From assembly GCA_010909165.1 (NCBI GenBank), contig VJWM01000287.1, forward strand, positions 63,175 through 127,174: DNA of 64,000 nucleotides. The letters run 5' to 3'. This DNA is from Anthoceros angustus (lineage: Eukaryota > Plantae > Anthocerotophyta). Within the stretch, counting starts at the first letter, position 1, and every line of letters begins with the position of its first letter. This document shows positions 1-11,726 of this stretch, piece after piece. Position numbers and translations under genes: made by a program. The notes beneath the pieces were generated by a model. It ran no database searches, was not told the origin of the DNA, and saw nothing but the letters and a program-made list of their open reading frames with translations.

Positions 1-1342
1 GGTATAGTCCTTCGCCTTTATCCACATGTCCATGACATCCCCCACGCTGAAAATAATGCACAATCGGCTTCCAGGCACCATACACCTCGTAAAACTCTTG
101 AAGCTTCATCCGGCTGATGCTAGATCATTCCTTGAGTCCATGTCCATGTACATAACATTTCCCAAGGCCTTCATCATGGCTGCCACTTTATGACTTGACT
201 TTCTTCAAGAGCCGCAACCACGCCCAGACATGCCATAGACAGAGGAACACAAGAGTTGTGCTGCCAAATACTTACTTTTATCTCCGCCGCATACCATCGA
301 CAAGGAAAGCCGAGGATGCCAATCTAACGTAGGACGCAATTTCCTTTGCAAAGCCGTTAACCACATGGCCATGTGTTCTGCAGTAGATTGACTGGTCACT
401 ACCCAGGCCACCGGTATGCCATTGCGGTGATCATCGAACACCAGCAAAGTGAACAATTGAAACTGAAATAAAGAGAAAGCGAGTTAGGAAGCCAGCATCC
501 CACAATCTTGTGTTTGAAATGCAAAGAATCTAACCTTCCACTTGTTGGTGCCGAATGTGGCATCCATTGAAATGATGGATTGATGCCCCCAGTGAAGCAT
601 GCATTCCTCATGGAATCTTGTTTGAAACCCTAAAGTAAAATGTGTGCCCTCCATCGAAGCACCAGGTGGTGGGAAGAAAACAATATCCCTGTGGATGTCA
701 ATCCATAGCTTGACACTGACTTCATCAATGGTATGGAGTCTCCAAGTCCTTGCATCCAACTCACCGCAAGTTGCGTATGTCCTTAGGCAAGAGAAAATCA
801 TCTCTATAAGATGTTAGGATCCCCTTGCATCCTAACATAGACATCGTTCTCGTGATCACATAAAATCTAGTATGGAGTGGTTTTGCACAAAAGTTTGTGC
901 TTCACCCATTCCCTCTTGCTTGCTGATAAAGAAGGAGCAAAGCACGTGAGGGAGTTGCATCTGCTGCTAACAATCCATGGCAAAAGTCACCAGAGGCATT
1001 CACATGATGCCACTGATCAAAACGGATTTGAGCAATATCTTGAAACAACTCCAATTGAGTAATGACAACCACAAACTCACAACCTACTTTCCTGCTCTCC
1101 CCACAAGCCACCTTGCTCCTTCGACTTCCAGGTCCAAACTTTGGCCTATTAGTCATGTCCACCAAGGGTGCATCACTTTGGAGACGGTTGTCAGATCTGG
1201 AACCATACGCACAGCAATACCTTATGTATTGCTTTGGTGTGGTTGGTGACAGGACATTATACTTACGTGCCTTTGCCTTGGACCGTGTGCAGAGTTTGGA
1301 TCTCATAAGGAAACCTTGCCATCTACAGAGGTAGCATAACAC
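1..1342 (-). mobile_element. Mutator-like (MULE) transposase, frameshifted, running off the left window edge
   Basis: Successive minus-strand frames give ISMDATFGTNK (first catalytic D, ORF 484-801) and TLLVFDDHRNGIPVAWVVTSQSTAEHMAMWLTAL (ORF 205-456), both typical of the MULE DDE core. An upstream Cys/His region (YCCAYG...SRKVGCEF...HHVNASGDFCHG, ORF 902-1342) resembles the FAR1/WRKY-GCM1-type DNA-binding domain. Confidence 0.75.
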
Positions 1343-1934
1343 CCGACGTCAAAATGCTTAACTGGCCCCGAGATTAGGCTAATTAAATGATCTCTGCGAA
1401 GCAATCACAACTCTCGTGAATCAGCCGGAGGAACTGAAAACTTACACTTTACTGACGAGATGAACTACAAGCCCCCCACACCTAATCAATCCATCGCAAC
1501 ACTTCCCGTACGCGCACGCCTCCTGCGCCTACAAGGACCATCATACCACTTCCCATAGCGTGATCAGCAACGCACATTGCTAGCTTGGTGTGACACACTC
1601 GAGTAATTGAGCGGGGAAGGTCCGGAGGCTTTCATTAACATGTGTTCTGAAACCAAAGCGTTTTGCCCACCCGTTTTCATTTTCCTGGAATAACTATGCC
1701 CTGGCACAACTTAGGGACGGAGTTTGGCGGAACGGGCGTCCAAACGGGCGCGGCAAGCTGTTGCCGTCCAACGGTAACGTGTGCGGGATGGTGTGGACAT
1801 GCGCAGTGGGTGCGAGTGGGCATGGCCCCATGACATATGGGATGGCGAAGGCAAAACCATTTGCGCCGCCCTCGTATTATGTGCCTCATTACTTCGTGTG
1901 TACCAATAGCTCGTGCGTATAAAAACATCCTTTT

Positions 1935-2890
1935 TATTTTCTTATGCATTGTATTTTGTGTAAGAAGTTTAGTGAAGAAGAACAAGAAGAAGAATTTTAT
2001 TTAAGTCCACTAAGGACGGATTTCCGTCATGGGACTTGGCACTTAACAACTTGTACCATGGTATGCCTAAGCTACTTGCATCAAGGGCATCCATTCCCTT
2101 TAGGCACCCCATCTAAGTACCGATCCAAGCGCAGGATGCTTCATAAGCACGTTCTTATAAATGTGTGTCCATTTGACCTAAGCCATTTGTAGTGGCTGAG
2201 AGTTGAGAGCAAGGACAAAGGATAATTCTGTGGAAGTATCCGTTTTATTTTCTTATGTATTGTATTTTGTGTAAGAAGTTTAGTGGCTGAGAGTTGAGAG
2301 CAAAGACAAAGGATAATTCTGTGGAAGTTTAGTGCTGAGAGTTGAAAGTGAGAGCAAAGATATTTTCTTATGCATTGTATTTTGTGTAAGAAGTTTAGTG
2401 GCTGAGAGTTGAGAGCAAAGATGAGGATAATACTGTGGAAGTTTAGTGCTAAGAGTTGAAAGTTAAGATAAGGATAGAGACTCTAGATATAATTAAGTTT
2501 AAAGCTTTTAACTTAAAGAAAGAAGAAGAGGAAGAAGAAAAAATTTATTATAATCTCTTACTTTAAGTCCACTAAGGAGGGACATGCCGCCATGGGACTT
2601 GATTCACCGAGCAACTTGCTCCAAGGAGTAAACTAGACTACTAGCACCAAAGGCATTCATCTCGAGGCACCCCATCTGCGTCCCCCTTACTATGTAGAGG
2701 GCTTAACTACATGTCGGGCAACTTGCTCCATGGAGTAAACTAGGCTACGAGCGCCAGAGGCATTTCTCTCTAGGTACTTTCGCCAGAGGCATTTCTCTCT
2801 AGGTACTTCGTTTGGGTCCCTTTTACGGTGTAGAGGGCTAAACTATGGCATTCATAAGTTATGTGTGTCCATTTAGCCTAAGCCATTTGG
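1935..2890. repeat. Patchwork of short dispersed direct repeats (non-coding TE remnant)
   Basis: TTTTCTTATG(C/T)ATTGTATTTTGTGTAAGAAGTTTAGTG occurs three times (~1935, ~2248, ~2363). GTGGCTGAGAGTTGAGAGCAA recurs between 2190 and 2420. TTTAAGTCCACTAAGGA occurs at ~1999 and ~2562, and GTGTGTCCATTT..CCTAAGCCATTTG at ~2163 and ~2863. Confidence 0.55.
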
Positions 2891-3747
2891 GCACACAACC
2901 AAAATAATTTGTTACCTACCGATGGATAGTCCTTCTTTTCGAATGTTTGTTCTTTCATTTTGATCCTTCATTTAGATTGTGTGAAACAAACTTCTAGTCT
3001 GGTTATGCTAGATATCATGGTATCTAGTGGAGGCGTACATGTTTTTTACGTTTATCTAAAGAAAAAGGGGGAAAAAGGAGACTTTATTATGAAAAAGAGA
3101 TGGGAAAAACTCATCCACCCCAAAAACAAAGGGGGAAGAACCCAACAAAGAGCATCAAGCCAGATTTTTATGTTTATCTAAGGACAAATAATTGTCGGAA
3201 TCATGTATGTCGAGTTTAAATTATATTAAAAAGACCAGCAAAAACTTCTCTTCAAAATTTGACCAATTGTGATTACAAACACTAAGGGACCTACATTTAG
3301 AAAGATATAAGTTTCTATAGTTTAACAAGGTTTTGTTGAATATCTTTTCATATTTAAAAAACTATTATATATTAGATTTCAAATGACATTATATTCTTGT
3401 ATAAGTACCTGAAGTCTCGACTCAAGCTTTGTGCCCATTTTAGGGTAAAAACCCATGTGAATATGCTCTAGCTGATTTTTGTATTATTTTGTATTATATT
3501 TGAATACTCAAACTCTAGGACGTATGGCCATTGCTAAAGTATGATGTCAATATATTATTTACAATATTTAAATACTCAAACTCTAGGACATATGGCCATT
3601 ACTCAGGACCTGAATGGACTTATGGTTGACCCCTTTTTTTCTGTGTAGATGGTGTTTTTCCCATCTCTCTTCTTTCCACATGAAGTCTCTCTTCCCAACC
3701 AAACGATTACGGGTGGGGACCACTTAATTTTTTTATCATTCCCACAG

Positions 3748-4250
3748 GTATTCTTCGCACATCATGCCAATATTGATCGCTTGTGGGATGTATGGAAAAG
3801 TTTTGGCGATTGGCGGGTGGAAATCAGTGACCCAGATTATCTGAATTCAGAGTTCCTTTTTTACAATGAAAAAGCCGAGCCCGTTATTGTTAAAGTCAAC
3901 CAAGGCGTGAATGCTAAGACTCAACTTCGCTACAACTATGAAAAGGCGCCTAACAATGGTGATAAAAGTGGTATGAATTCAAGCCCAAAATATGCTCAAA
4001 CTTTGCATCTACCGATGACAAATTGGCTTGGATAAACTCTATACCGATGTATGACGAAAAGAATGTTCAAGTTATTTGGCGTTCGCCTGCTGTATTACGA
4101 ATTGCAAGGCCACAAAGTAATCAAACTTCCAGTGACTCAAATGTGACGGACTATTCAAACACAACCTGTGAACTAACTTTACTCGTACTTAACGAAATTT
4201 GAGTCAAAATTAACCGTCTGTACACGAATGACTTTTTCCTAATCTTGATA
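3748..4250 (+). pseudogene. PPO: Polyphenol oxidase (tyrosinase family) 3' fragment: CuB end, DWL domain and decayed KFDV domain
   Basis: After a CCCACAG acceptor (3747) the frame reads VFFAHHANIDRLWDVWK (CuB) then DPDYLNSEFLFYNEKAEPVIVKV...LRYNYE (PPO1_DWL). A shifted frame then gives VLRIARPQ...ELTLLVLNEI* (start of PPO1_KFDV). There is a frameshift and a stop, and no CuA exon is recognisable upstream. Confidence 0.8.
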
Positions 4251-4671
4251 GCGGTAGACGAAGATGAAAATAGTTTTTTTCTTAGGTTAATAGTTTACTT
4301 CTACTATGTACGAATTTCAACTTCAAATCAAATTTCATGCCAATACCGGTAAAAAAGTGAAATTTTGGTTAGAGCCCATACATGTTAAGTAAGCAACCAT
4401 GGTTTGATATATAAACATGTCGGAGGCGAAATTGGTGTGGTTCAGTAATGGCTTCGCCCAAAACTTGAGCTGAACCACACCCCAACCATGAGCCCTAAGT
4501 ATGAGGCTAGGGTAAGTTAGTGGCGCCAATTTCAAGTACAAGTATGAAAAAACGATGAGTCGCAGCCATTAAGATACAAGTAGGAAAGGATGCAAAGTGG
4601 CAGCAATTTAGGATACAAGTATGAAAGAACATAGAGTGGCAGCAGTTTAAGACACCAGTATGAAAGGACAC

Positions 4672-4806
4672 GGGATTGGGTTCAAATGAAAGGATAGGGA
4701 TTGGGTTCAAATGAAAGGATAGGGATTGGGCTCAAATGCAAGGATAGGGATTGGGTTCAAATGAAAGGATAGGGATTGGGTTCAAATGAAAGGACACGGA
4801 TTGGGT
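4672..4806. repeat. 25-bp tandem repeat, ~5 copies
   Basis: Unit GGGATTGGGTTCAAATGAAAGGATA repeated head-to-tail with 0-2 mismatches. It is preceded by diverged ~35-40-bp units containing GTGGCAGCA...ACAAGTATGAAA (4510-4670). Confidence 0.9.
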
Positions 4807-5309
4807 TTAAATCCATTCCTCACATGGATCGCATTTTTGAAAGATTCAATATTTTCTACTATAAAATTCTTTACTTGTTTTATTTGGTTCCAAGAATAAT
4901 ATTTAGACTGACCTAGCCCAATGCAAAGAAAAGGTTCTATAAATTATTTTAAAACTTAAAAATATTTTAAAATTATATAATGTCCTACAACTTTTATGGA
5001 CCTAAAAGTTTTGTGGAAATTTGGGAACTTATAAATCTGTGAATATTGCGCATCTTACACTAAGCATATTGACATGTTGGGGATACACTCAACTCAGGGG
5101 CTGAGACGCAGCCTGAGTGTGTGGACGTGATGGATCCCTCCTGATCCTAGATCCTAGAGTTGCGTATACCTATATATGTAGCTCTAGACATGTTTGTTCC
5201 GAGTCTTTCATGACCCACCCTGGAGGAGCAGGCTGCAGGCTATAGGCTGCAAGCTTACAAGAAGGTTCATGAGTTATAAGCGATAATTATGTATCAAGCA
5301 ACCAGATGC

Positions 5310-7924
5310 TCAGCCTTGGCTCGCTGCCTGTTCCTGCCCCTGGATTGTGATGTCCCTGTAGCGGACAATGTAGGGCAGGTCTCTGCCATGCCACTTCCCC
5401 GTCCATGCCCCGGCGTTCACATCGGACGCATTCCAAACCGAGGCGTAGTAGAAGACCGGCTTGAGTGGGTACGGTTTGTTGGCGGCCGCTTGCTGCAGCT
5501 GCGTCACCGTCCTCACAACCTTCCCGTCCACCACCCACCTGATGAAAACAAGAAGCCACAAGCTTAATTCCAGGAGTGAGAACATTTGGGAGCATGGCAG
5601 GGGATCCATGCATATGGGGTGGTGAAGGAAAAAGTTTGACGACTCACTGGATCTTGTCCTTGTCGTAGACGATGGTGTAGATGTGGTAGGCTTCGGAGCA
5701 GTCGAAGCCCAGGTCGATGAGGAGCTCGTGCGCGCCCACCCCGTTCACGTAGAAGTTGGTCTGGACGGCGTTCTTGTTGTTGCCCAGCCACTCGAAGTCG
5801 ATCTCGTCTTGCACGCGGCTGCCTTCCAGGGACGAGAGGTAGAGGCTGGAGAGCAGGCCGCTGGTGTCGCCCGCGGCGCACTTGAAGCCGCCGGAGAAGC
5901 GGCCCGACGCGTAGCTCTGCACGGACCGGAAGCGGCCCCCGCACCCCGTGGCGTCGTAGGAGATGGAGGCGTCCGAGAGCTCCACAGCCACGTTGTTGTA
6001 GCAGTAGTCGATGGCCAGGGGCCGCATCGGGATGGGCACGTTGCTGCTGGCCGCCGGCCGGGCGGGAGGCTGCCAGGGCAGGGTGAGCGGGGAGAGCACG
6101 GAGATGGAGTCGAAGTACATGGAGAAGGGCCCGTTGCTCCAGTCCACCGTGCCGGCGTAGGCCCCGTTGGCCACCGTCGAGGCGTCCCAGGTGTAGCCGT
6201 AGATGCTCCCGGGCTTGGTGGGGTAGGCCGACCCGGCGAAGGCCTTCGTCACCGTGCGCAGCAGGAGGTTGTCCACCAGCCACCTGCGGCTGGAAGTGTC
6301 AGACATGGGCGATCCTGGAAGGGGGATGGATCATGAATCCGAATTCATGCGGCAGGCAGGCAGGCAGGCAGGCAGGCAACCCACCACGTGCGTCCAGCAT
6401 GATTTGGTCTTGACAGGCAGAGGCGGCATCCAGGTGGGAGCAGGAGCGTGAGCTCAATGCAGCAAAGCAGAATGCGCAAACCATGCCTTAGGGTTTGATT
6501 GCACAGATCTGGAGGAAGCAGATGATTAGTATGGAGGATTGTGGAGGGGAGCAGCAGCAGGAGGATTGGGTGATGGTGGGCGGCGGGGTGGTGGGCGCTC
6601 ACATGATGGACTGGCTGTCCCACTTGATGGTGTACTGGTGGAACTTCACGGATGTGTCGAAGGAGACCACGATCACCTGCTGGTTGCCTGCGGAGTTGCC
6701 GTTTACGGCATAGTTGGTGACGATGCGGTTCGGCTTGTCGCCCAGGAAGTCGAAGCTGATGCTGTCACTGGCTTGGTCATTGGATGAAATCTGCAGGGTC
6801 ACAGCACAGGATGGATGGATGGATGGATGATGGTAAGTCTCAGGTTGCAGGGATGGCTGGTTGGTGTTGCAGGCAGGAAGAGAGGAGAGATTTGCTCACA
6901 TAGAAGCTGTTGCTGACACCGCAGGCCTTGACGGGAGTCCGCAAATTTGCTCTGAACACGCCCGAGGAGTATTTGTCCTGCGAGTGGAATTTCCCTCCTG
7001 CAGGAAGCCACAAATGGTTTTCAGGTTGTCGCTGTTGAAGCCGCTCAGAACTGAATGAATCCAATGCCTCCTGAAGGAGGGTTTGTTGGGTTTTTGCAGG
7101 AAGGAGCTTCAGCACTCACCGCAAGCTTGGTCGAGGCGGATGGTGACCGTGCTGTTTAGGATTGTGATGTGGTTTGGGCAGTAATCCACCGCCAGATTCT
7201 TCACCGGCCGCGGTGTCGGGATGGCTGGGACGCCCACGTCGGAAGGTTGGTATCCAGGGGCTTTCTCATTTGCCTTGTCCGGGCTCCCGTCATCATCCTT
7301 GTCGAGGATGCCTGGACTCATGATCTCCAGCAGTTGCTGTGCGCTGGCTACGCTGCGCCCGACCTACACACGTCCAAATATCTTTCAGGCTGGGCTGTCG
7401 CTCTCTCTCGCCTTACTGGATGCGTCAGATTGGGAGCAGGCGTCACAGACCTTGCGAAGATTGGAGCGAGCTTCCCGGGCTTCATTGGTCTTGACATGGG
7501 CCATGCCTTCGATGCAGTCGTCCAAGGAGGCCTCCACTGCGTACAGCTCTTGCGCAGTGCTGCCGGCTCCGTCGTCCTGGGCGATGAACTTGGCGGCCTG
7601 GTTGAGGCCTGTGCTGACATCGTCCAGCTCCTTGACGCAGTCTCCACCCAACACCGGGGAGTCTGCAACCTCCGCCAGGTACACCTGCGCGTCGTTGATC
7701 CTCGCCTTGGCTAACTGCAATGCGATGGCCTGCTTGGTGGCGGGGGCGGAATTCTGGTAGGACGAGGTGAAGCTTCTGCTCGGGGTGAAGTAGGTGCTGC
7801 CGTACTCTCCACCGAGCACCCCGGCCTCTGCTCTGCCGGGGAAGGCATGTCTGTCAGTGCCCAGAAACAGCAAGATGGCCAGCCAGGCGAGGATCGTGGA
7901 GGCCCTCCTCTTGGGGAGGCCCAT
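5310..7924 (-). CDS. Predicted secreted protein: signal peptide + PMEI-like helical domain + catalytically degenerate GH16/EG16 domain + intact EG16-type endo-glucanase domain (622 aa)
   Basis: Model: complement join(7451-7924, 7120-7363, 6900-6997, 6603-6790, 5648-6283, 5310-5538) = 1869 nt. All five introns are GT-AG and the phases match. Domain 2 has LAIDYC, GGRFRS, KCAAGDTSGL, LYLSSLEG, QDEIDFEWLG, DLGFDCSEAYH, KPVFYYASVWNAS, WTG..G.DLPY, which are hallmark EG16 motifs. Domain 1 aligns motif for motif but reads DSISFDFLG. The N-terminus has hydrophobic ILAWLAILLFLG and a PMEI-like DCVKELDD...LDDCIEG...LRKVGRSVASAQQLL. An upstream in-frame ATG at 7939 is an alternative start. Confidence 0.9.
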
Positions 7925-10166
7925 CTGCAGGGATCTCATAACAAATCCTGCAACGGCCTGCCCTTTATGGTGAGATGTAGTTGCGATTGTGTCTCTTTCT
8001 GCAGTCTCGTGCGTCGTGCGGATCCCCGATTACTATGTGGGCACTGGCTCCGGCACGAGCGCAGCACTGGGTCGCTCAGGCGCTTGACATCAAAGCTGCT
8101 TTGCCCCCTCTCGATTCACCAAACTCTCATGGCTGGGATCAGCTTTTTGCAGCTTTTGCAGAGACGGCAGCACCAGCCCCATCTCTGTCTGGCCTCGGCC
8201 CTCGCGCTCCAACTCAGGCGAAGGCCAATGAAAGGGGGTGGCGATTGGCGTGGAAAGGGCGGGGGTATTACCGGGTTAAGTAAACGGCTGAGGCGGTTAT
8301 GGACGCTGGTCCTGGGACATCGCCGGGTCCCGGGACTGCGGCACGTAACCGCAAACGGTTACCCGCTGTCCACTTAGGCTTCCACGGACCAGGGTACAGC
8401 GCTTCCATCAGCGCCCATGTGGAGGAGGACCGTCGCCGAGCTCCTGTCGCCGGCATCGAGGGTATCTATGCTCGCTAGCGTTTTGGTGAGACGGATTTGC
8501 AGCTCGCCGGGCTGTTAGTTGTTACGCCGAACTTCGCAGGTTCAGGTTCCTGTCATTTGTTGAAGCTGGTGGGCAAATTGATGCTCATCGAGTTGTTAGG
8601 GCCGGGTCAGTAGCTACGTGTTTCTGTTATGTTAACACTTGAGGGGTGGATTGTGTGTCAATCTGTGGGAAATTGGACGGTTATGGATGGGAAGTCATTC
8701 CTCTTGTCTGGGGAAGGGCCACGAGTGATGTCCTGACCGGTGACCGCAGACATGCACAGACTGAGGTGCACAAAAGATTCACTTGCAAAATGTTGCCACA
8801 ATCAAAGCTCATGAAAGTGAGTACTACTTGCTCATACTCGATCCAGCTCTGAACTCGTTGGCATACATATTTGGGACATGCGCTTGCGCGGTGAAGCTTC
8901 CGGTGGCTGGAAGTGCGCCAGGTAGTCAAATTTACATGTCTTCCCAGGCCCACATTTCCCTGATTCCGGCAGACCCCCAGCAGTGACGAATCGGGCATGT
9001 CCCGGAGCAGCGCTTCTAGTTTGCTGGCGCTGAAGAGTCCAGCCCTGCCCCTGCCAAAGAGGTCAATCGTGCTGGTCATTTGTCACTTGTTTTAGTTCCT
9101 CTCCTCAGCAATGCTTTGTAGCAGCTTCCCTGCTCCCTGAGTATTGACATCTCAGACCTTGTTGTTTTTGTTATTTTTTAACCATCACACAATACCTTTT
9201 GCAATCTTTTTGAATCTTAATTTATATGTGATTGTATATCATGAAACATAATAATGTATAACATGAAACATAATAATCTTTTTTTCACTACTTAGTTTAT
9301 TATAGAAATAAATAATTATCTTTATATATTTTTAATATTATTCAATTTGTTTCATGATTTTTCAAGATGGCTTTGAATGCGGGGGGCGCTGCATCTTTAG
9401 CTCCGATGGTAAGTAGGCCCTTTCTTATTCCAGACTATGACATATATTAGCTGCTATCATGAGTGAAGATTGAGCTGCAAATAAGTTGGCAAAAACATTC
9501 ATGATATCCTCCTCATATCTAAGTAGTATGTGTGTCAGGTGAGTCACAATGATGGCAAAATTTGAAGCCTAACTAACTTGCATCATCTAAAATTGCGATC
9601 TCTATATAGGTTTTGAACTTACGTCCTTCTTGATGTTAGCACGATACAATAAGTTTACAGGCTAGACACAATGTTAACCCCTAAAGGACCAACAGACTCA
9701 TTTTGAATGGTTCATCCTGCTGGGGCGGCCATTGAATTTTTTGGATGCCAAATTCTTTTGTAATTTGATGCTTGAGCTCGCGATGCCACAATCCTTTTGT
9801 ACCCTCCCATTCTTGAACAAAAAAAATGGCCATCACCATAGCCTTTTATGCCCGATGGATCGGAAAGATTCCTACATATGCCCTCAAACCATCCAGGTGT
9901 ACTTTTGGTTTGCGCACGTTCCCTCTCACACAATTGCGACTAAATCAAGTGACAATACACATACAGTTGGGTGTCCCGGTGTGCTTTGTATGGCAGTTGA
10001 TTGAATCGAAAAACTTTTGGCATGTATAGACTCATCATATGTGGCCAATTTTTGCGAGGGTGCTCAGCCCTGGTTCTTCATGTGGGCATAATGTTTGCTC
10101 AGCAATCGGATGGAAGATGGTCCTAATCGAGGTAAGATGTCGTGCCTCGTGGGTATGGCATGGTAT

Positions 10167-10660
10167 GAAGGAGATCATTTTGAAAATTGACATGGTGTGA
10201 AGGAGATCATTTTGAAAATTGACATGGTGTGAAGGAGATCATTTTGAAAATTGACATGGTGTGAAGGAGATCATTTTGAAAATTGACATGGTGTGAAGGA
10301 GATCATTTTGAAAATTGACATGGTGTGAAGGAGATCATTTTGAAAATTGACATGGTGTGAAGGAGATCATTTTGAAAATTGACATGGTGTGAAGGAGATC
10401 ATTTTGAAAATTGACATGGTGAAGGAGATCATTTTGAAAATTGACATGGTGTGAAGGAGATCATTTTGAAAATTGACATGGTGTGAAGGAGATCATTTTG
10501 AAAATTGACATGGTGTGAAGGAGATCATTTTGAAAATTGACATGGTGTGAAGGAGATCATTTTGAAAATTGACATGGTGTGAAGGAGATCATTTTGAAAA
10601 TTGACATGGTGTGAAGGAGATCATTGTGAAAATTGACATGGTGTGAAGGAGATCATTTTG
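10167..10660. repeat. 32-bp minisatellite, ~15 copies
   Basis: Unit GAAGGAGATCATTTTGAAAATTGACATGGTGT is repeated with no spacers. One copy lacks GT (~10419) and one has a T>G change (~10626). Confidence 0.95.
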
Positions 10661-11726
10661 TGAGGGCGGAGCTTAGTGAGGTCAAAGTCTTTTGTAGGCA
10701 CATGTAGAAGTAGAGGAGACCACTGTTGTAATTGTCATCAAGAGCGATGGCAAAAAATATTTTTCTTTGTTTAATAATCAAAAAAGCAACATGTCGTCGA
10801 AAATGGCCTAAAAACCCCTCCGTCCTTACGGGTTAAACGCCTGATTTTAAGTCCCAACCAACGGCCACGCTGTTGGAGGCTGACCTCACTCTCAGCCTCG
10901 AGGCTCGGCTGCATTGAGGAGCGGGTCGTGTTGAGGCTTAGTTGCACGTAGTGGGGAGGGTTGTTTTGGAGGTCCAGTGGGGTCAACGAAGGCTTAGTGA
11001 AAAGCGTGTGGAGGCTTAGGTTGCGTACAGTTCTTACACTTTTTCCACCTGGTTCCTGTTCTAAATGCCATGCTAACATTCAGTTGTATGGCTGCATACC
11101 TTCAGCCCTTCAGGGTCTACAAACAAGGGGACACCTTCGCTCTGCATTATTGCATACAGTTAGAACGCTTTTCCCCTTGTCCCGGCTCTAAATAGCAACC
11201 TAGGATTCCATTCCATGTAAGGTGCCAACCATAGCAACCACCTCCGAGGTAAATCCGAGGTAAGGTACTTCATCTCACAACAATCCTCTGCAGCAACAAC
11301 AGCAGTTCGGCTCCACTTCTCACATTACACAGCCGGCTTAAACAACGCAGTATACAGTTGTGTCAGCATGGATACCATCCCCAAGCCAACCAGTTGCAGG
11401 AAACGCTGCAACTCACAAACATCCAGCTTGGCCAGCTAAAACCCTATAACCTGGTGCCAGGAATCCGGAGCCTTCAAAGGTGCAGGGCAGGAACCAAGAG
11501 ACTTGCATGATGGGATGTTCACCTGGGCCTGGCCATCATTGGAAGTTAAGACACCTGCCATTGGTCCCTATCCTTCGAGTTCCAAATGTTGGATGGACAC
11601 AGTGGCCAGGTCCAAGGCCAGTCCTGGTTCGCATTTGTGGTCTTAGGAGTCAAGGAAACCTCCTATCCTTTGGCCAGCCCAGTGCTTGGCAGTTAGAATG
11701 GCTAGCTGCGCCGAAACCCTCATATC

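Noticed and set aside
6350-6830. GGCA and ATGG microsatellite ORFs
   Set aside because: These are intronic simple repeats within the EG16 gene model.
7109-7939. ORFs 7385-7939 and 7109-7321 as separate genes
   Set aside because: An 87-nt GT-AG intron (7364-7450) removes the stop and joins them in frame, completing the PMEI-like last helix.
10167-10660. CRISPR-like array (32-bp repeats)
   Set aside because: The repeats are contiguous with no unique spacers, there are no cas genes, and the context is eukaryotic.
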